In this document: in pieces, positions 53,134 to 62,534 of the stretch
Numbering within the stretch: position 1 is the first letter of the stretch
Layout of the letters: every line of letters begins with the position of its first letter
Virus record (IMG/VR): IMGVR_UViG_3300045988_160259
Span: 32,001 to 96,000 of that record
Reading direction: 5' to 3' (one strand)
DNA length: 64,000 nucleotides
Source: a virus
Made by a program: the position numbers and the translations under genes
The notes under the pieces: generated by a model
Told to the model about the DNA's origin: nothing
Seen by the model: only the letters and a program-made list of their open reading frames with translations
Databases searched by the model: none

Positions 53134-53589
53134 ATGAAAACAAATGAAAGAAAGTACCTGGATATTAGTACAGCACATCTGACACAGGGAACCTTTGGAA
53201 GATTGAATAGTATGCATTTGCCGTATGCTTATAATTATGACGAAGGAGTCTTTGTTACGGTTCCAAGCAAAAATGAAATTGGCGCCATAATCATGCCAGA
53301 CGATTTACAGATTGTACTCCAGTACGCATGGGATAACGATATTGATTTAATTCGTATGGATAGGGATGCGGAAGTTTGTGATAATCTTCCAGTATATGAA
53401 TGGAGTATGGAGAATTTACAGTCAGCAGAAAGAATCTGGTCATGTATCTCTGATAGATATGATGATGAAGAATATAAATTAGACACATTACCAGATATTG
53501 TTGCGGCAATTGAGGGTACTGATGCAGAAACGTTAAAAGATGTATTGAATAAACTTTGTGACCGAATTGAAGATATGGAGGGAGAATAA
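53134..53589 (+). CDS. hypothetical protein
   Basis: ORF track; AGGGAGA upstream. Confidence 0.7.
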   Translation: MKTNERKYLDISTAHLTQGTFGRLNSMHLPYAYNYDEGVFVTVPSKNEIGAIIMPDDLQIVLQYAWDNDIDLIRMDRDAEVCDNLPVYEWSMENLQSAERIWSCISDRYDDEEYKLDTLPDIVAAIEGTDAETLKDVLNKLCDRIEDMEGE

Positions 53590-53945
53590 TGATAGTTATG
53601 GTTACGTTAAAAGAAGTTTCAAGAACACGAAATTATAGAAATTACGCTCTTGTTTATAACGGTGATACATATAGATTATCTGTATATTTTGGAGAAAAAT
53701 CTCATGATAAATTATGGGAGTGTGACAAAAAAATTCCAGAAGATGTTGTATCTTTTGTGAAGAATATTATTACAAAAGAATTGACAGAATTTCAGGCAAG
53801 AGTTGAAGAAATTGTAGATGTGTTTGAAGATTGGATTATGGAAGCAAGACGAAAAGGAACTTTTCCTCCAGACTATGAATTTACAGAAAATGATATTATG
53901 GAAATTAAAAAACATGTAATTGATATGATTTATAATTACAAATAG
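53589..53945 (+). CDS. hypothetical protein
   Basis: ORF track; ATGA coupling, GGAGGGAGA upstream. Confidence 0.7.
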   Translation: MIVMVTLKEVSRTRNYRNYALVYNGDTYRLSVYFGEKSHDKLWECDKKIPEDVVSFVKNIITKELTEFQARVEEIVDVFEDWIMEARRKGTFPPDYEFTENDIMEIKKHVIDMIYNYK

Positions 53946-53991
53946 AAACTATTGGAAGATAAAACAAAAAATTCAAAAGGATGGTGATTGC

Positions 53992-54243
53992 ATGGAAAAA
54001 TTATTAAAAGAGGTAGAAGAACTTAATGCTAATGTACCGGATGGTATTTTAAAAGATGCGGATACAATTCTTGTAGATATGGTTCAAGAAAATGACTTCG
54101 AGATCACAGGGATTGCGCAGGATATTTTTAATATTTGGAGAAACAGTTCGGACAAGAAAGCAGTTGAGCAGATGTTCTTTGAGTTTACAGATATGGAATT
54201 TAAAGATTTTCTTGAAAAATGCAAAAAAGAAATAACACGATGA
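53992..54243 (+). CDS. hypothetical protein
   Basis: ORF track; AAGGATGGTGA upstream. Confidence 0.65.
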   Translation: MEKLLKEVEELNANVPDGILKDADTILVDMVQENDFEITGIAQDIFNIWRNSSDKKAVEQMFFEFTDMEFKDFLEKCKKEITR

Positions 54244-54269
54244 AAGCACATTTTGTTAGGAGGTAAATT

Positions 54270-54473
54270 ATGGCAGACTTAATACATTTATTTAAGGTAA
54301 AACAAAAAGTTAAGTATCATGATCCAGACACAGGTAAATGGCATAATGGAGAAATAAAAGAAACACACTCAGATCATGTAATTGTAGATATTCCGGATAT
54401 TTCAGATCATTGCTGGTTCGAGGAAGATTTAAATTTGGAATATCTTTATCCAGAATATAATTTTGATATGTAG
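54270..54473 (+). CDS. hypothetical protein
   Basis: ORF track; AGGAGGT upstream. Confidence 0.65.
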   Translation: MADLIHLFKVKQKVKYHDPDTGKWHNGEIKETHSDHVIVDIPDISDHCWFEEDLNLEYLYPEYNFDM

Positions 54474-54524
54474 CAGATGACAATATGTTGTCTGTTTTTT
54501 AATTGCAGAAAAGGAGAATAGATT

Positions 54525-54743
54525 ATGAGACAGTCAGATTATACAAAACATAGAGCGTTATTACGACATGAAAGTTATGTAAAACAAAAAGCAAAGTGGA
54601 GAGATAAAGCAATTGAATGGCAAGCAGATATGTACAATCAGAATTATTCGATCGAAGAATTATCTAATTGGAACGATTTTTTTGAAAAGAAAGGACGGAT
54701 GTATGGGTTACTTGTAGAATTTAGAGAAAACGGAATTTGTTAA
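54525..54743 (+). CDS. hypothetical protein
   Basis: ORF track; AAAGGAGA upstream. Confidence 0.65.
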   Translation: MRQSDYTKHRALLRHESYVKQKAKWRDKAIEWQADMYNQNYSIEELSNWNDFFEKKGRMYGLLVEFRENGIC

Positions 54744-54789
54744 ACATAAATTATATTCTTATCAAAGAACGTGAAAGGATGAAGATAAA

Positions 54790-55218
54790 ATGACATTTGA
54801 AGAAGCAAAACAGAGAAATGATTACAAATACATATTGAACGGAATTGAAAATTGTATTGAAAATATAAGAAATAATTGGATGGATAATATGTATGAAAAT
54901 GGAGATCCACAGAGAGGTATTGCCGTACTGATAATTGGATATGTTGATGTTGAAGTGAATTTATTCACAGAGGAACAGATTTCCCGTTACGATGATCAAA
55001 TAGGAAATAAGACACCAGTTATTGATTATTTCGTTTGTATAAAATACGGAGAGAACGATGATGAATGGGAATCGGATAATTACTTAGACTATCAATTACA
55101 AGTAAACTGGAATGCAGATAATTGGGCAGAACAACTTGAAAAAGATATGTTTACTGCGCTTGATGAGTATGTAAACAAAAAGGGATATAGTTATGATCGC
55201 GTAAATGTGATCAAATAA
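54790..55218 (+). CDS. hypothetical protein
   Basis: ORF track; GAAAGGA upstream. Confidence 0.7.
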   Translation: MTFEEAKQRNDYKYILNGIENCIENIRNNWMDNMYENGDPQRGIAVLIIGYVDVEVNLFTEEQISRYDDQIGNKTPVIDYFVCIKYGENDDEWESDNYLDYQLQVNWNADNWAEQLEKDMFTALDEYVNKKGYSYDRVNVIK

Positions 55219-55245
55219 AAGTCGAATTTGATTGGAGGATTATAA

Positions 55246-55548
55246 ATGAATGAAAAGCAAAGAATGTTAAAATACATTTTAACACATTTAGGTGATAATT
55301 TTTGCGGATCTGGTATTGATTCTTATGGACGAGCATATGCATTCACAGATAGTGAAATTGCAGCCAATAGTTTAGAAGAAACTTTATATAATATGGGGTA
55401 TGAAGCCAGCAAATCATCAAAAGAAAATTTAAAATCTGATTATGTAATCCAAGAAGGCATTCAAAATGGAGGATGGTATAAAAGGTTTGTCCAACGATGT
55501 GCCGAAAAATATTCATCAAATGGAGGTAAAGAATATGAGAACAGATAA
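55246..55548 (+). CDS. hypothetical protein, paralogue of 50202..50450
   Basis: ORF track; GGAGGA upstream; N-terminal similarity to 50202..50450. Confidence 0.7.
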   Translation: MNEKQRMLKYILTHLGDNFCGSGIDSYGRAYAFTDSEIAANSLEETLYNMGYEASKSSKENLKSDYVIQEGIQNGGWYKRFVQRCAEKYSSNGGKEYENR

Positions 55549-56014
55549 AAAGTACATGATGATTGTAACAGAAGAAGATGACAGATACGATGCAGAAGAT
55601 GGTTATGATTGTGATTTTTATGCAGATCATCCATGGGAAGGGAATTTAATTGATATTGTATATGGCAACAACATTGATGAGTTACGGGGTAATGGCGAAA
55701 ATGAAGGAATGTTTTATATGTTATATTTAGCTGAAAACGGAGAGAGAATTGGTTATGGGTGTGTTGATTTTGACACTATCGAAGAAACGATTTCGAGATA
55801 TGAACTAGAAAAATGTAAAGATATGAACACTACATGGACAAAAGATGATATTATAAATGCATTGGTCGAAGATGGTATAGAACCAACCAATGCAAATATT
55901 GTAAAAGTTATTACAGCGGAGTTTGTTCAAAATTTCAAGGATAGAATTATTGAGCTTGGAAATGAGATGATTTCGTGGCAGGTCAGTGATGTTTTTAAAA
56001 AGAAGGGAGAATAA
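55535..56014 (+). CDS. hypothetical acidic protein
   Basis: ORF track frame; ATG 55535 behind GGAGGT. Confidence 0.7.
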   Translation: MRTDKKYMMIVTEEDDRYDAEDGYDCDFYADHPWEGNLIDIVYGNNIDELRGNGENEGMFYMLYLAENGERIGYGCVDFDTIEETISRYELEKCKDMNTTWTKDDIINALVEDGIEPTNANIVKVITAEFVQNFKDRIIELGNEMISWQVSDVFKKKGE

Positions 56015-56016
56015 TT

Positions 56017-56280
56017 ATGGTAAACAAATATGATAACATACAGGACACAACAGATAAAATCTATGAATTTTGCAAAGACTACATTTTTGAGCATGGTTAT
56101 GCTCCGTCTTATGACGAGATTGGAAAAGGTGTTGGAATTAAAAGCAAAGGCACTATCCATTGTAATATGCATAAATTATTGAAAGAAGGTAGAATTGCAA
56201 CAGATTTAAAAGAACTTGCGTCCAGAGGGTTCCGTATTTCTGGTTATATTATTATGCCGATAGGAGTGGATAAAAGATGA
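56017..56280 (+). CDS. LexA N-terminal-like winged-helix DNA-binding protein (no peptidase domain)
   Basis: ORF track; IYEFCKDYIFEHGYAPSYDEIGKGVGIKSKGTIHCNMHKLLKEGRI. Confidence 0.65.
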   Translation: MVNKYDNIQDTTDKIYEFCKDYIFEHGYAPSYDEIGKGVGIKSKGTIHCNMHKLLKEGRIATDLKELASRGFRISGYIIMPIGVDKR

Positions 56281-56462
56281 GTAAGACAAGAGAAACACCA
56301 TGTTTATACTATATTTGCGCAGGACAATGTAGTAAGGGGAGAGAAGCAGATCACAATCATTATTGTCAACATTGTGATAAGTATAAACCACGAGCAAAAG
56401 TACGACACATCAATCAAAAGAAAGAAAAATTGAACAAAATCAGAAAAGAGGAACGTTATTAA
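56277..56462 (+). CDS. Cys/His-rich basic protein
   Basis: ORF track; ATGA coupling. Confidence 0.6.
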   Translation: MSKTRETPCLYYICAGQCSKGREADHNHYCQHCDKYKPRAKVRHINQKKEKLNKIRKEERY

Positions 56463-56490
56463 CCGGTACAGAAATGTGCCGGTTTTTTAT
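56461..56490 (+). terminator. rho-independent terminator with GAAA tetraloop
   Basis: AACCGGTACA-GAAA-TGTGCCGGTT followed by TTTTTT. Confidence 0.8.
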
Positions 56491-56570
56491 TTATTGTATG
56501 AAATTATATAAAAGAATAATTGATGAAGTAGTTATTGCGTGATATTATAAAACAAAAAAGGAGAAATTAT

Positions 56571-57161
56571 ATGTTTGGTTTTATTTATTGGATTGCGTAT
56601 TTTATATCTTGGTTCAAAGATCATCAGATGGTTGAAAGAAGCAAAGAAAAAAATAAAAGAGAAATGTTGAAACATGGACGCAGAGATTATTGGGATTGTC
56701 ATGGACAAGAATATTTCGAAGACGAACCATGTTTTAGATCAAATAGAAATGGACATGATGTTTTAGTATCAGCAAAAACATTAAAAACAATATATGATTA
56801 TACAGAAATGGAGGAGAAGAAAAAAGAAGAAAAGATCAAAAAGCAAATTGAAGAAAATAAAGAAAAAGGTATTCCATTTTGGACTGATCCATCCAATTGG
56901 GTAAAATTCGAGATTGCTACGAAAAGACCATATGAAGTTGTAGCAAGAGGGCAGAAATATTATAAACATTATTTAAAACCATGTGGTCAAAACAAATACG
57001 TTTATATACCAGGACAATGTGAAGAAAAAGAAATTTCTTATAGAGATTTCTTTTATTGGTGTTCTGATATGTCAGAATATAATGAATCTGAAAGGTTCAA
57101 AGCAGAAATCAGAGAAAAGGCAAAAAAACTAGAGGAGGAACGGCAGAATGCAAATAAATGA
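56571..57161 (+). CDS. membrane-anchored hypothetical protein
   Basis: ORF track frame; ATG 56571 behind AAGGAGA; N-terminal MFGFIYWIAYFISWF. Confidence 0.7.
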   Translation: MFGFIYWIAYFISWFKDHQMVERSKEKNKREMLKHGRRDYWDCHGQEYFEDEPCFRSNRNGHDVLVSAKTLKTIYDYTEMEEKKKEEKIKKQIEENKEKGIPFWTDPSNWVKFEIATKRPYEVVARGQKYYKHYLKPCGQNKYVYIPGQCEEKEISYRDFFYWCSDMSEYNESERFKAEIREKAKKLEEERQNANK

Positions 57162-57612
57162 ATATAGATTAGTGCAAAATAAATATAATCATCCGAGTTT
57201 GGATCTTTTGAGTGTACATTCATGTAGGATAAATAATTTAAGATCATACGATAATATTTTTCGATTTTTTAAATTATGTTTAAAGATGGATAAATTGTCA
57301 GAAGAGTATTTATATGTGATATCGTATGACGCTATATTAAATCCGTTGGGCGTTTATCAAATATCACATGGTTCATCTACTCATGCAGAAATGTATGAGA
57401 AAAATTTGTTTGAGTTTTTATTATTAACAGGGGCAGATCAATTTGTTTTAATCCATAATCATGTTAATGGAACTTTAGAAATAAGTAATAATGATATAAA
57501 AACGACAATTGACATATTGGCGCTTGCGTCAAAATTAAAAATTGAATTTATAGAACACATGATTATTAGTAAAAATGGATACAAATTGATAAGGGAAACA
57601 GAAAATTATTAA
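57148..57612 (+). CDS. radC: RadC-like JAB/MPN domain protein
   Basis: ORF track; LIHNHVNGTLEISNNDIKTT matches the RadC HNHPSG..PS..D motif. Confidence 0.75.
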   Translation: MQINEYRLVQNKYNHPSLDLLSVHSCRINNLRSYDNIFRFFKLCLKMDKLSEEYLYVISYDAILNPLGVYQISHGSSTHAEMYEKNLFEFLLLTGADQFVLIHNHVNGTLEISNNDIKTTIDILALASKLKIEFIEHMIISKNGYKLIRETENY

Positions 57613-57627
57613 GGATGGTGAATAATA

Positions 57628-58653
57628 ATGAATGGCAGACTTGAGAACAAATTAAAAATTGAAAGAAGAATACAAATTATGCTTTCTGGAATGCCTTATG
57701 AAGTTACAGAGTTTTATTATAACATCTCAACTCATACCGAGGCTACAACATGTTTGGAATATATAAAAAAAATCAAAAGGTTTTTATTATATTTATACGC
57801 AGAAACTGGACAAATAGATTTTTCATCTGTTACAGATACAACAATAACAAAATTTTTAAAAACAATAGAAATAAAAGAAGAAAATGGGAAGGTACGTAGT
57901 ACATCTTTTTCAACGTGGAAACAATTTCGCGCAGCATTAAATACTTTTTTTCAATATTTATATGAAAAAAATAAAATTAGCAATAATCCAGTAGTATTGG
58001 TGAAACCACCAAAACAGAAGGATAATGTCAAAAGAAAATTTCTTTCAGAAAAAGATTTATATCTTACATTAAGAGCGGTTGAATGGGGCGCTGGAAATGA
58101 GCTGTGTGTTAATAGACAAAACGAATGGAAAGATAGAGATAGAGCCATTTTATTAATGTTTATAACAACCGGTATGCGTGAAAGTGCCTTATGCGATATG
58201 AATGTTTCGGATTTAGACTTTCAAAATAATGAATTAGTAGTAATTGATAAAGGATATAAAAAGAATACTTATACTATGACGCCTGAATTAAAAAAGGCGC
58301 TTTTTTTATGGTTAAAAAAACGAAATGATTTGTTGGGAGATCAAAAAGATATTGATGCGTTATTTATCTCAAACAGAAGAACACGAATGACAACTCGTGC
58401 AGTAAGTTATTTAGTAAATAAATATACAAAAGAAGGAATAGGGCAAGAAGTATCTCCTCATCGTTTGAGAGCAGCATATGGTAATATTCTATTACAGAAA
58501 ACAAATGGAGACCTTCATTTCGTTAAAAACGCAATGAAGCATGAAAACATTGCTACAACAGAAATATACATGGAGAATAAAGAAAAAGAAACAAACGATA
58601 GAGCTGCAAAACTTATTTCTATGTCAGTAACAAAGCTAGATTCATGGGAATAA
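57628..58653 (+). CDS. tyrosine recombinase (XerC/D-like integrase)
   Basis: ORF track; TGMRESAL, HRLRAAYGN, MKHENIATTEIY catalytic landmarks. Confidence 0.85.
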   Translation: MNGRLENKLKIERRIQIMLSGMPYEVTEFYYNISTHTEATTCLEYIKKIKRFLLYLYAETGQIDFSSVTDTTITKFLKTIEIKEENGKVRSTSFSTWKQFRAALNTFFQYLYEKNKISNNPVVLVKPPKQKDNVKRKFLSEKDLYLTLRAVEWGAGNELCVNRQNEWKDRDRAILLMFITTGMRESALCDMNVSDLDFQNNELVVIDKGYKKNTYTMTPELKKALFLWLKKRNDLLGDQKDIDALFISNRRTRMTTRAVSYLVNKYTKEGIGQEVSPHRLRAAYGNILLQKTNGDLHFVKNAMKHENIATTEIYMENKEKETNDRAAKLISMSVTKLDSWE

Positions 58654-58725
58654 AACATATAATTTAATAATTTTGCAATACGGTAAATAGAGAATATATT
58701 AATAAATAAAAGAGAGGTGTTGTCT

Positions 58726-58821
58726 ATGACATTAGAATATGCAGTAGGATATTTTGGAGTTTGGATTTTTGTTGCAGTGATTATTATTGCAATAGTTTCT
58801 TCTTGGATTGACAAAAAATAA
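58726..58821 (+). CDS. 31-aa single-pass membrane peptide
   Basis: ATG behind AGAGAGGTG; MTLEYAVGYFGVWIFVAVIIIAIVSSWIDKK. Confidence 0.45.
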   Translation: MTLEYAVGYFGVWIFVAVIIIAIVSSWIDKK

Positions 58822-58904
58822 TTTATAAAAAATATTATTAAAAAATGAATGAGGTGGGGCGGTATACTTCCTGTTTGCCGTCTCATATAAGAAAGGAAAT
58901 TATT

Positions 58905-59870
58905 ATGGTACAAATTTTAGAATTATTTGGTGGAATCGGAAGCCCACGGTGCGCATTACGGAATATTGGTATTCCTGTTAAATCAATTGATTATGTTGAA
59001 ATTGACGAAGCAGCAGTCAGATCATATAATGCAATGTTCGCAAAAGATCTTCCGTATAAAACGCAAACAGTGGTCGGATACAATCTTCGTCCAGATATTC
59101 TGATACATGGTTCTCCCTGCCAGGACATGTCTGTTGCTGGACATCAAGGCACAGCCACCGGAAATGGAAGGACAAATCATGGAGCTGGCGCAGAAGAAGG
59201 GTCTGGGACAAGATCGAGTCTTATGTGGGAAACAATTAATATTATTAAACAGATGGGAGAATGGAAACCCAAATATGTGATTTGGGAAAATGTTAAAAAT
59301 GTCAGAAGTAAATATATGGTACATAATCACGACAGATATATGGAAGAATTAAGTAAACTTGGATATACAAGTACATATGAACTATTAGACGCAAGAGAGT
59401 TTGGTATTCCGCAAGCAAGAGAACGCTATTTCACTGTAAGCTGTTTAAAAGGAAAGAAATTTGATTTTTCTGATCTGATTAGAACGCCAATGAAAAACAT
59501 TCATGAGTTTTTGGAACAAAAAGTTGATCCAGTATATGAGGTAACACAACCGAGCATTCTGGAATGTATTGGCGCATCCGGAATTAGAAGAGCAACTGTA
59601 ATTGACCAATATGCTTATACAATCACGACTCGCCAGGATCGGACACCTGCACAGGTAATCGACTTACATAATGGAAAGTATAGATATCTTACGGAACGGG
59701 AATGTTGGAGACTTATGGGTTATACGGATCAGGATTATGAAGCAGCCGCATCTGTACAACAGAAACGAGGAAGATATAGAATGGCATTATATAAACAGGC
59801 TGGCAATAGTATTTGTGTTCCAATTTTTGAAAGCCTGTTCAGAAAAATTTTGTTGGGCGAAACTGCATAG
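58905..59870 (+). CDS. dcm: DNA (cytosine-5)-methyltransferase
   Basis: ORF track frame; ATG 58905; ELFGGIG (motif I), GSPCQDMS (IV), WENVKN (VI), QAGNSICVP (X). Confidence 0.9.
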   Translation: MVQILELFGGIGSPRCALRNIGIPVKSIDYVEIDEAAVRSYNAMFAKDLPYKTQTVVGYNLRPDILIHGSPCQDMSVAGHQGTATGNGRTNHGAGAEEGSGTRSSLMWETINIIKQMGEWKPKYVIWENVKNVRSKYMVHNHDRYMEELSKLGYTSTYELLDAREFGIPQARERYFTVSCLKGKKFDFSDLIRTPMKNIHEFLEQKVDPVYEVTQPSILECIGASGIRRATVIDQYAYTITTRQDRTPAQVIDLHNGKYRYLTERECWRLMGYTDQDYEAAASVQQKRGRYRMALYKQAGNSICVPIFESLFRKILLGETA

Positions 59871-59939
59871 AAAAACTATGTTATTGCTGAGGAATATGAT
59901 ATAATATAAATAATTATATAAAAGTTGGAGGAAAATAGA

Positions 59940-60248
59940 ATGGGAGAATATTATAATACAATTATTTTACGACATGCTGAAGGATCTTATACGAAAAAGC
60001 AATTCAAAAATTACTCTGAAGGAGATTGTATTTATGGACCAAATACTGATCCAGAAGAATTAAAACGATGGGCATACGATCAGCTCAATGAAGCAAAAGC
60101 AGAATTGGCAAAATATAAATGTACATATGACGAGCATTCTGATTGCGTTGATGTAGAAGAATATGCACTTGAATATTGTGACACAAATACAGATGGAGAA
60201 TTTGTGAATGGTTCAGATTACGATTTAGCGGAAAGAGAGGAAGTGTAA
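59940..60248 (+). CDS. hypothetical protein
   Basis: ORF track frame; ATG 59940 behind GGAGGA. Confidence 0.65.
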   Translation: MGEYYNTIILRHAEGSYTKKQFKNYSEGDCIYGPNTDPEELKRWAYDQLNEAKAELAKYKCTYDEHSDCVDVEEYALEYCDTNTDGEFVNGSDYDLAEREEV

Positions 60249-60296
60249 TATGTCAAAACCTATGAGTTATTGTTCTGAATTGTGGAGGTGATTAAA

Positions 60297-60887
60297 ATGG
60301 ACATAAAAGAAATAGTAGAGTTCATAAAACTGATTCCATCAGTCGTAAAAATGATTAAAAAGGGTAGAGAATATAATTACAACATGTATATACAAAAAGT
60401 ATATAACGAGACAAGAGATATCGTAAATAATTATTTTAAAATATTAAATGATACAAAACATTTCTTGGAAGATCGTCAGAAAACTTTAGACGAAATAATA
60501 ATATTCTTAGAAAACAAAAGAGTTGATTTTCGGACAATTAGATGCGAAGTTAGAACAATTGTTAGTATGGATAATTTTTATTTAAAGAATGAAGATTATT
60601 CTAATTTTATGAGAGGAGTATTAGGAGTACTACAGGGTGGTTTAGAAAGTAATATATTAACAGATAGAGGAGTTGAGAATGTATACCATAATCATACTAT
60701 AAATGATATTATTGAAGAATGTAAAAGAAAAAAAGAATACGAAAATGATTCAAATTTGATTAAATTAAATTTGGAATTAAATGATGCCATAGAGGAACAA
60801 GAAATAGAACTTCAAAAATCTTGGAATTTGGTATGCGAAAGTTATATCAAAATTAGTCGAAAATTACCAAATAGATTAAATAATTAA
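60297..60887 (+). CDS. hypothetical protein
   Basis: ORF track frame; ATG 60297 behind GGAGGTG. Confidence 0.7.
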   Translation: MDIKEIVEFIKLIPSVVKMIKKGREYNYNMYIQKVYNETRDIVNNYFKILNDTKHFLEDRQKTLDEIIIFLENKRVDFRTIRCEVRTIVSMDNFYLKNEDYSNFMRGVLGVLQGGLESNILTDRGVENVYHNHTINDIIEECKRKKEYENDSNLIKLNLELNDAIEEQEIELQKSWNLVCESYIKISRKLPNRLNN

Positions 60888-60905
60888 AAGTTAAGAGAAT
60901 TTAAT

Positions 60906-60950
60906 ATGTAGAAACTAATACAATAATGTGTACAGTTTCTACATATTTTT
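60906..60950 (+). terminator. rho-independent terminator
   Basis: ATGTAGAAACT / AGTTTCTACAT 11-bp stem followed by ATTTTT. Confidence 0.8.
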
Positions 60951-60966
60951 GATTAGAGGTGATACA

Positions 60967-61350
60967 ATGTTAGATGCAATAGAGTTTAAAGCCGATAGGT
61001 TTAAAAAAAGAAGATAATTATAATCTGATTGAATTTACCGAAAACACAGTTATTTTGTGTAGTGATTACAAACTTATGGATACACTAACGAAAGAAATAA
61101 TCAATACAGTGAATGGTAAAGCAGAATATAACGATTATTACTGTGATGATGAAGACGAGGGGGAAAGCAAAATTAGATTTATGTTTTGGTTTACAGCGAA
61201 TAATTGATATAAATGGACAGAAGATTACAATTGGTCTGGAGCCAGCAATCATTTACAAAGCAAATAAACCAGAAGACATATGGCTTTTTTACTTAGCAAG
61301 GATGTGATGAGATTGAATCATTTCCTAAATATGAAGAATATATTTACCCT
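60967..61350 (+). pseudogene. gene fragmented by successive +1 frame breaks
   Basis: ATG 60967 behind AGAGGTGA stops after 16 codons at an A7 run (61003-61009). Protein-like reading continues in frame +1 to 61207, then another +1 frame to 61307, then joins the 61351 ORF frame, which is open from 61297. Confidence 0.5.
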
Positions 61351-61572
61351 ATGTTGATATTTAAAGGTAGTAAAAGTACATGGAACGATGGCAAGGATGC
61401 TGTATACCAAACTATATGTAATGGAAGATATGGTTGTTATAATGGAAAATGGATTGATTTTGCCGAAAAATTATTTTACGAAGAAACAGCGAAAAGATTT
61501 TTCGATCAGATGAATATAAATTCTAATGAAACCAAGTTTTCATGTGGAGTGGAAAGGAGAATATATAAATGA
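61351..61572 (+). CDS. hypothetical protein (possibly the last segment of the fragmented gene)
   Basis: ORF track; no SD; frame open and protein-like upstream to 61297. Confidence 0.45.
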   Translation: MLIFKGSKSTWNDGKDAVYQTICNGRYGCYNGKWIDFAEKLFYEETAKRFFDQMNINSNETKFSCGVERRIYK

Positions 61573-61775
61573 GAATTATTAATGCATATGGATACGATGT
61601 GACAGGCTCAGAAGATATTTTAAATGAAATAGAGACTGATTTAAAAAATAAACAAGTGACGATTAATTGGAGCAATTTTAAGAATGGAGATGTTCTTTGG
61701 AATCATAATGGAAATACAAAATTCTTTGTTGCAATAGATCATGAAAACAAAATGGTTGTATTGGATGAGAAGTAG
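61569..61775 (+). CDS. hypothetical protein
   Basis: ORF track; AAAGGAGA upstream. Confidence 0.65.
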   Translation: MRIINAYGYDVTGSEDILNEIETDLKNKQVTINWSNFKNGDVLWNHNGNTKFFVAIDHENKMVVLDEK

Positions 61776-61817
61776 AATAAGAAATCTAAGTTTCAAGACA
61801 AGAAAGGAAATTATGAG

Positions 61818-62006
61818 ATGAGTACAGCAACATGTATTAAGGACTATGATGGTGTTGGATTTTTAAAAGAAAATAAAGACGGACACGAAGAAATTCATAT
61901 CAAAAAAGGTGATATAATTGAATGGGATAATCAAGGATATCTTTGGTTTGATAACGTATGTTTCGGACATATGGATGCTTATCCTGGTCAATATTTTAAA
62001 TTTTAA
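61818..62006 (+). CDS. hypothetical protein
   Basis: ORF track; AAAGGAAA upstream. Confidence 0.6.
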   Translation: MSTATCIKDYDGVGFLKENKDGHEEIHIKKGDIIEWDNQGYLWFDNVCFGHMDAYPGQYFKF

Positions 62007-62041
62007 AAACTAAGTAAATTTAACTTTCAAATGGTGATAAT

Positions 62042-62275
62042 ATGGAAAAATTGAAATTGTACAAAGTGACAAAGGCAAGTTCAGATGGTACATTTAATAT
62101 TGGTGATATAATTTGGCTTTCTAATAATGAAGATTTAAATAGTTGCAAAGGCCTCGGATTTCTTTCGAAAAGTGAGTGGGATAATCCTGGAAGTAATGAT
62201 TTTGAAGTTGAAGAATGTACCGATTATTATTTAGACGTGACCGATCGGAGTGAAAAAGTAAGGAGAAAAGTTTAG
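62042..62275 (+). CDS. hypothetical protein
   Basis: ORF track; GGTGA upstream. Confidence 0.6.
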   Translation: MEKLKLYKVTKASSDGTFNIGDIIWLSNNEDLNSCKGLGFLSKSEWDNPGSNDFEVEECTDYYLDVTDRSEKVRRKV

Positions 62276-62491
62276 ATGATATATCTGATTGCATACAAGA
62301 AAAAAGATGGAAACGATTTTATGGGTCAGCCTTATATTCTAGGAGATTTTAATAATCTTGATGAATGTAAAGCGAACGCACAGCAGCTTATTGGAGATGG
62401 GTATTGCTATGTTACGGTATTCGAATGCGAAGAGAATGCGCCAGAAGAAATCTCGTGGGATTATGTAAAAAGAAACAAAATGGAATTTTGA
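62276..62491 (+). CDS. hypothetical protein
   Basis: ORF track; AAGGAGAA upstream. Confidence 0.6.
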   Translation: MIYLIAYKKKDGNDFMGQPYILGDFNNLDECKANAQQLIGDGYCYVTVFECEENAPEEISWDYVKRNKMEF

Positions 62492-62534
62492 ATATGAAGT
62501 ATAAAATGACAATTTATTTGAATTGGAGGAAATT

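Noticed and set aside
61205-61207. In-frame TGA read-through or stop-codon reassignment
   Set aside because: Genes across the window terminate cleanly at TAA, TAG and TGA. The Trp tRNA has a normal CCA anticodon, and no suppressor tRNA was found.
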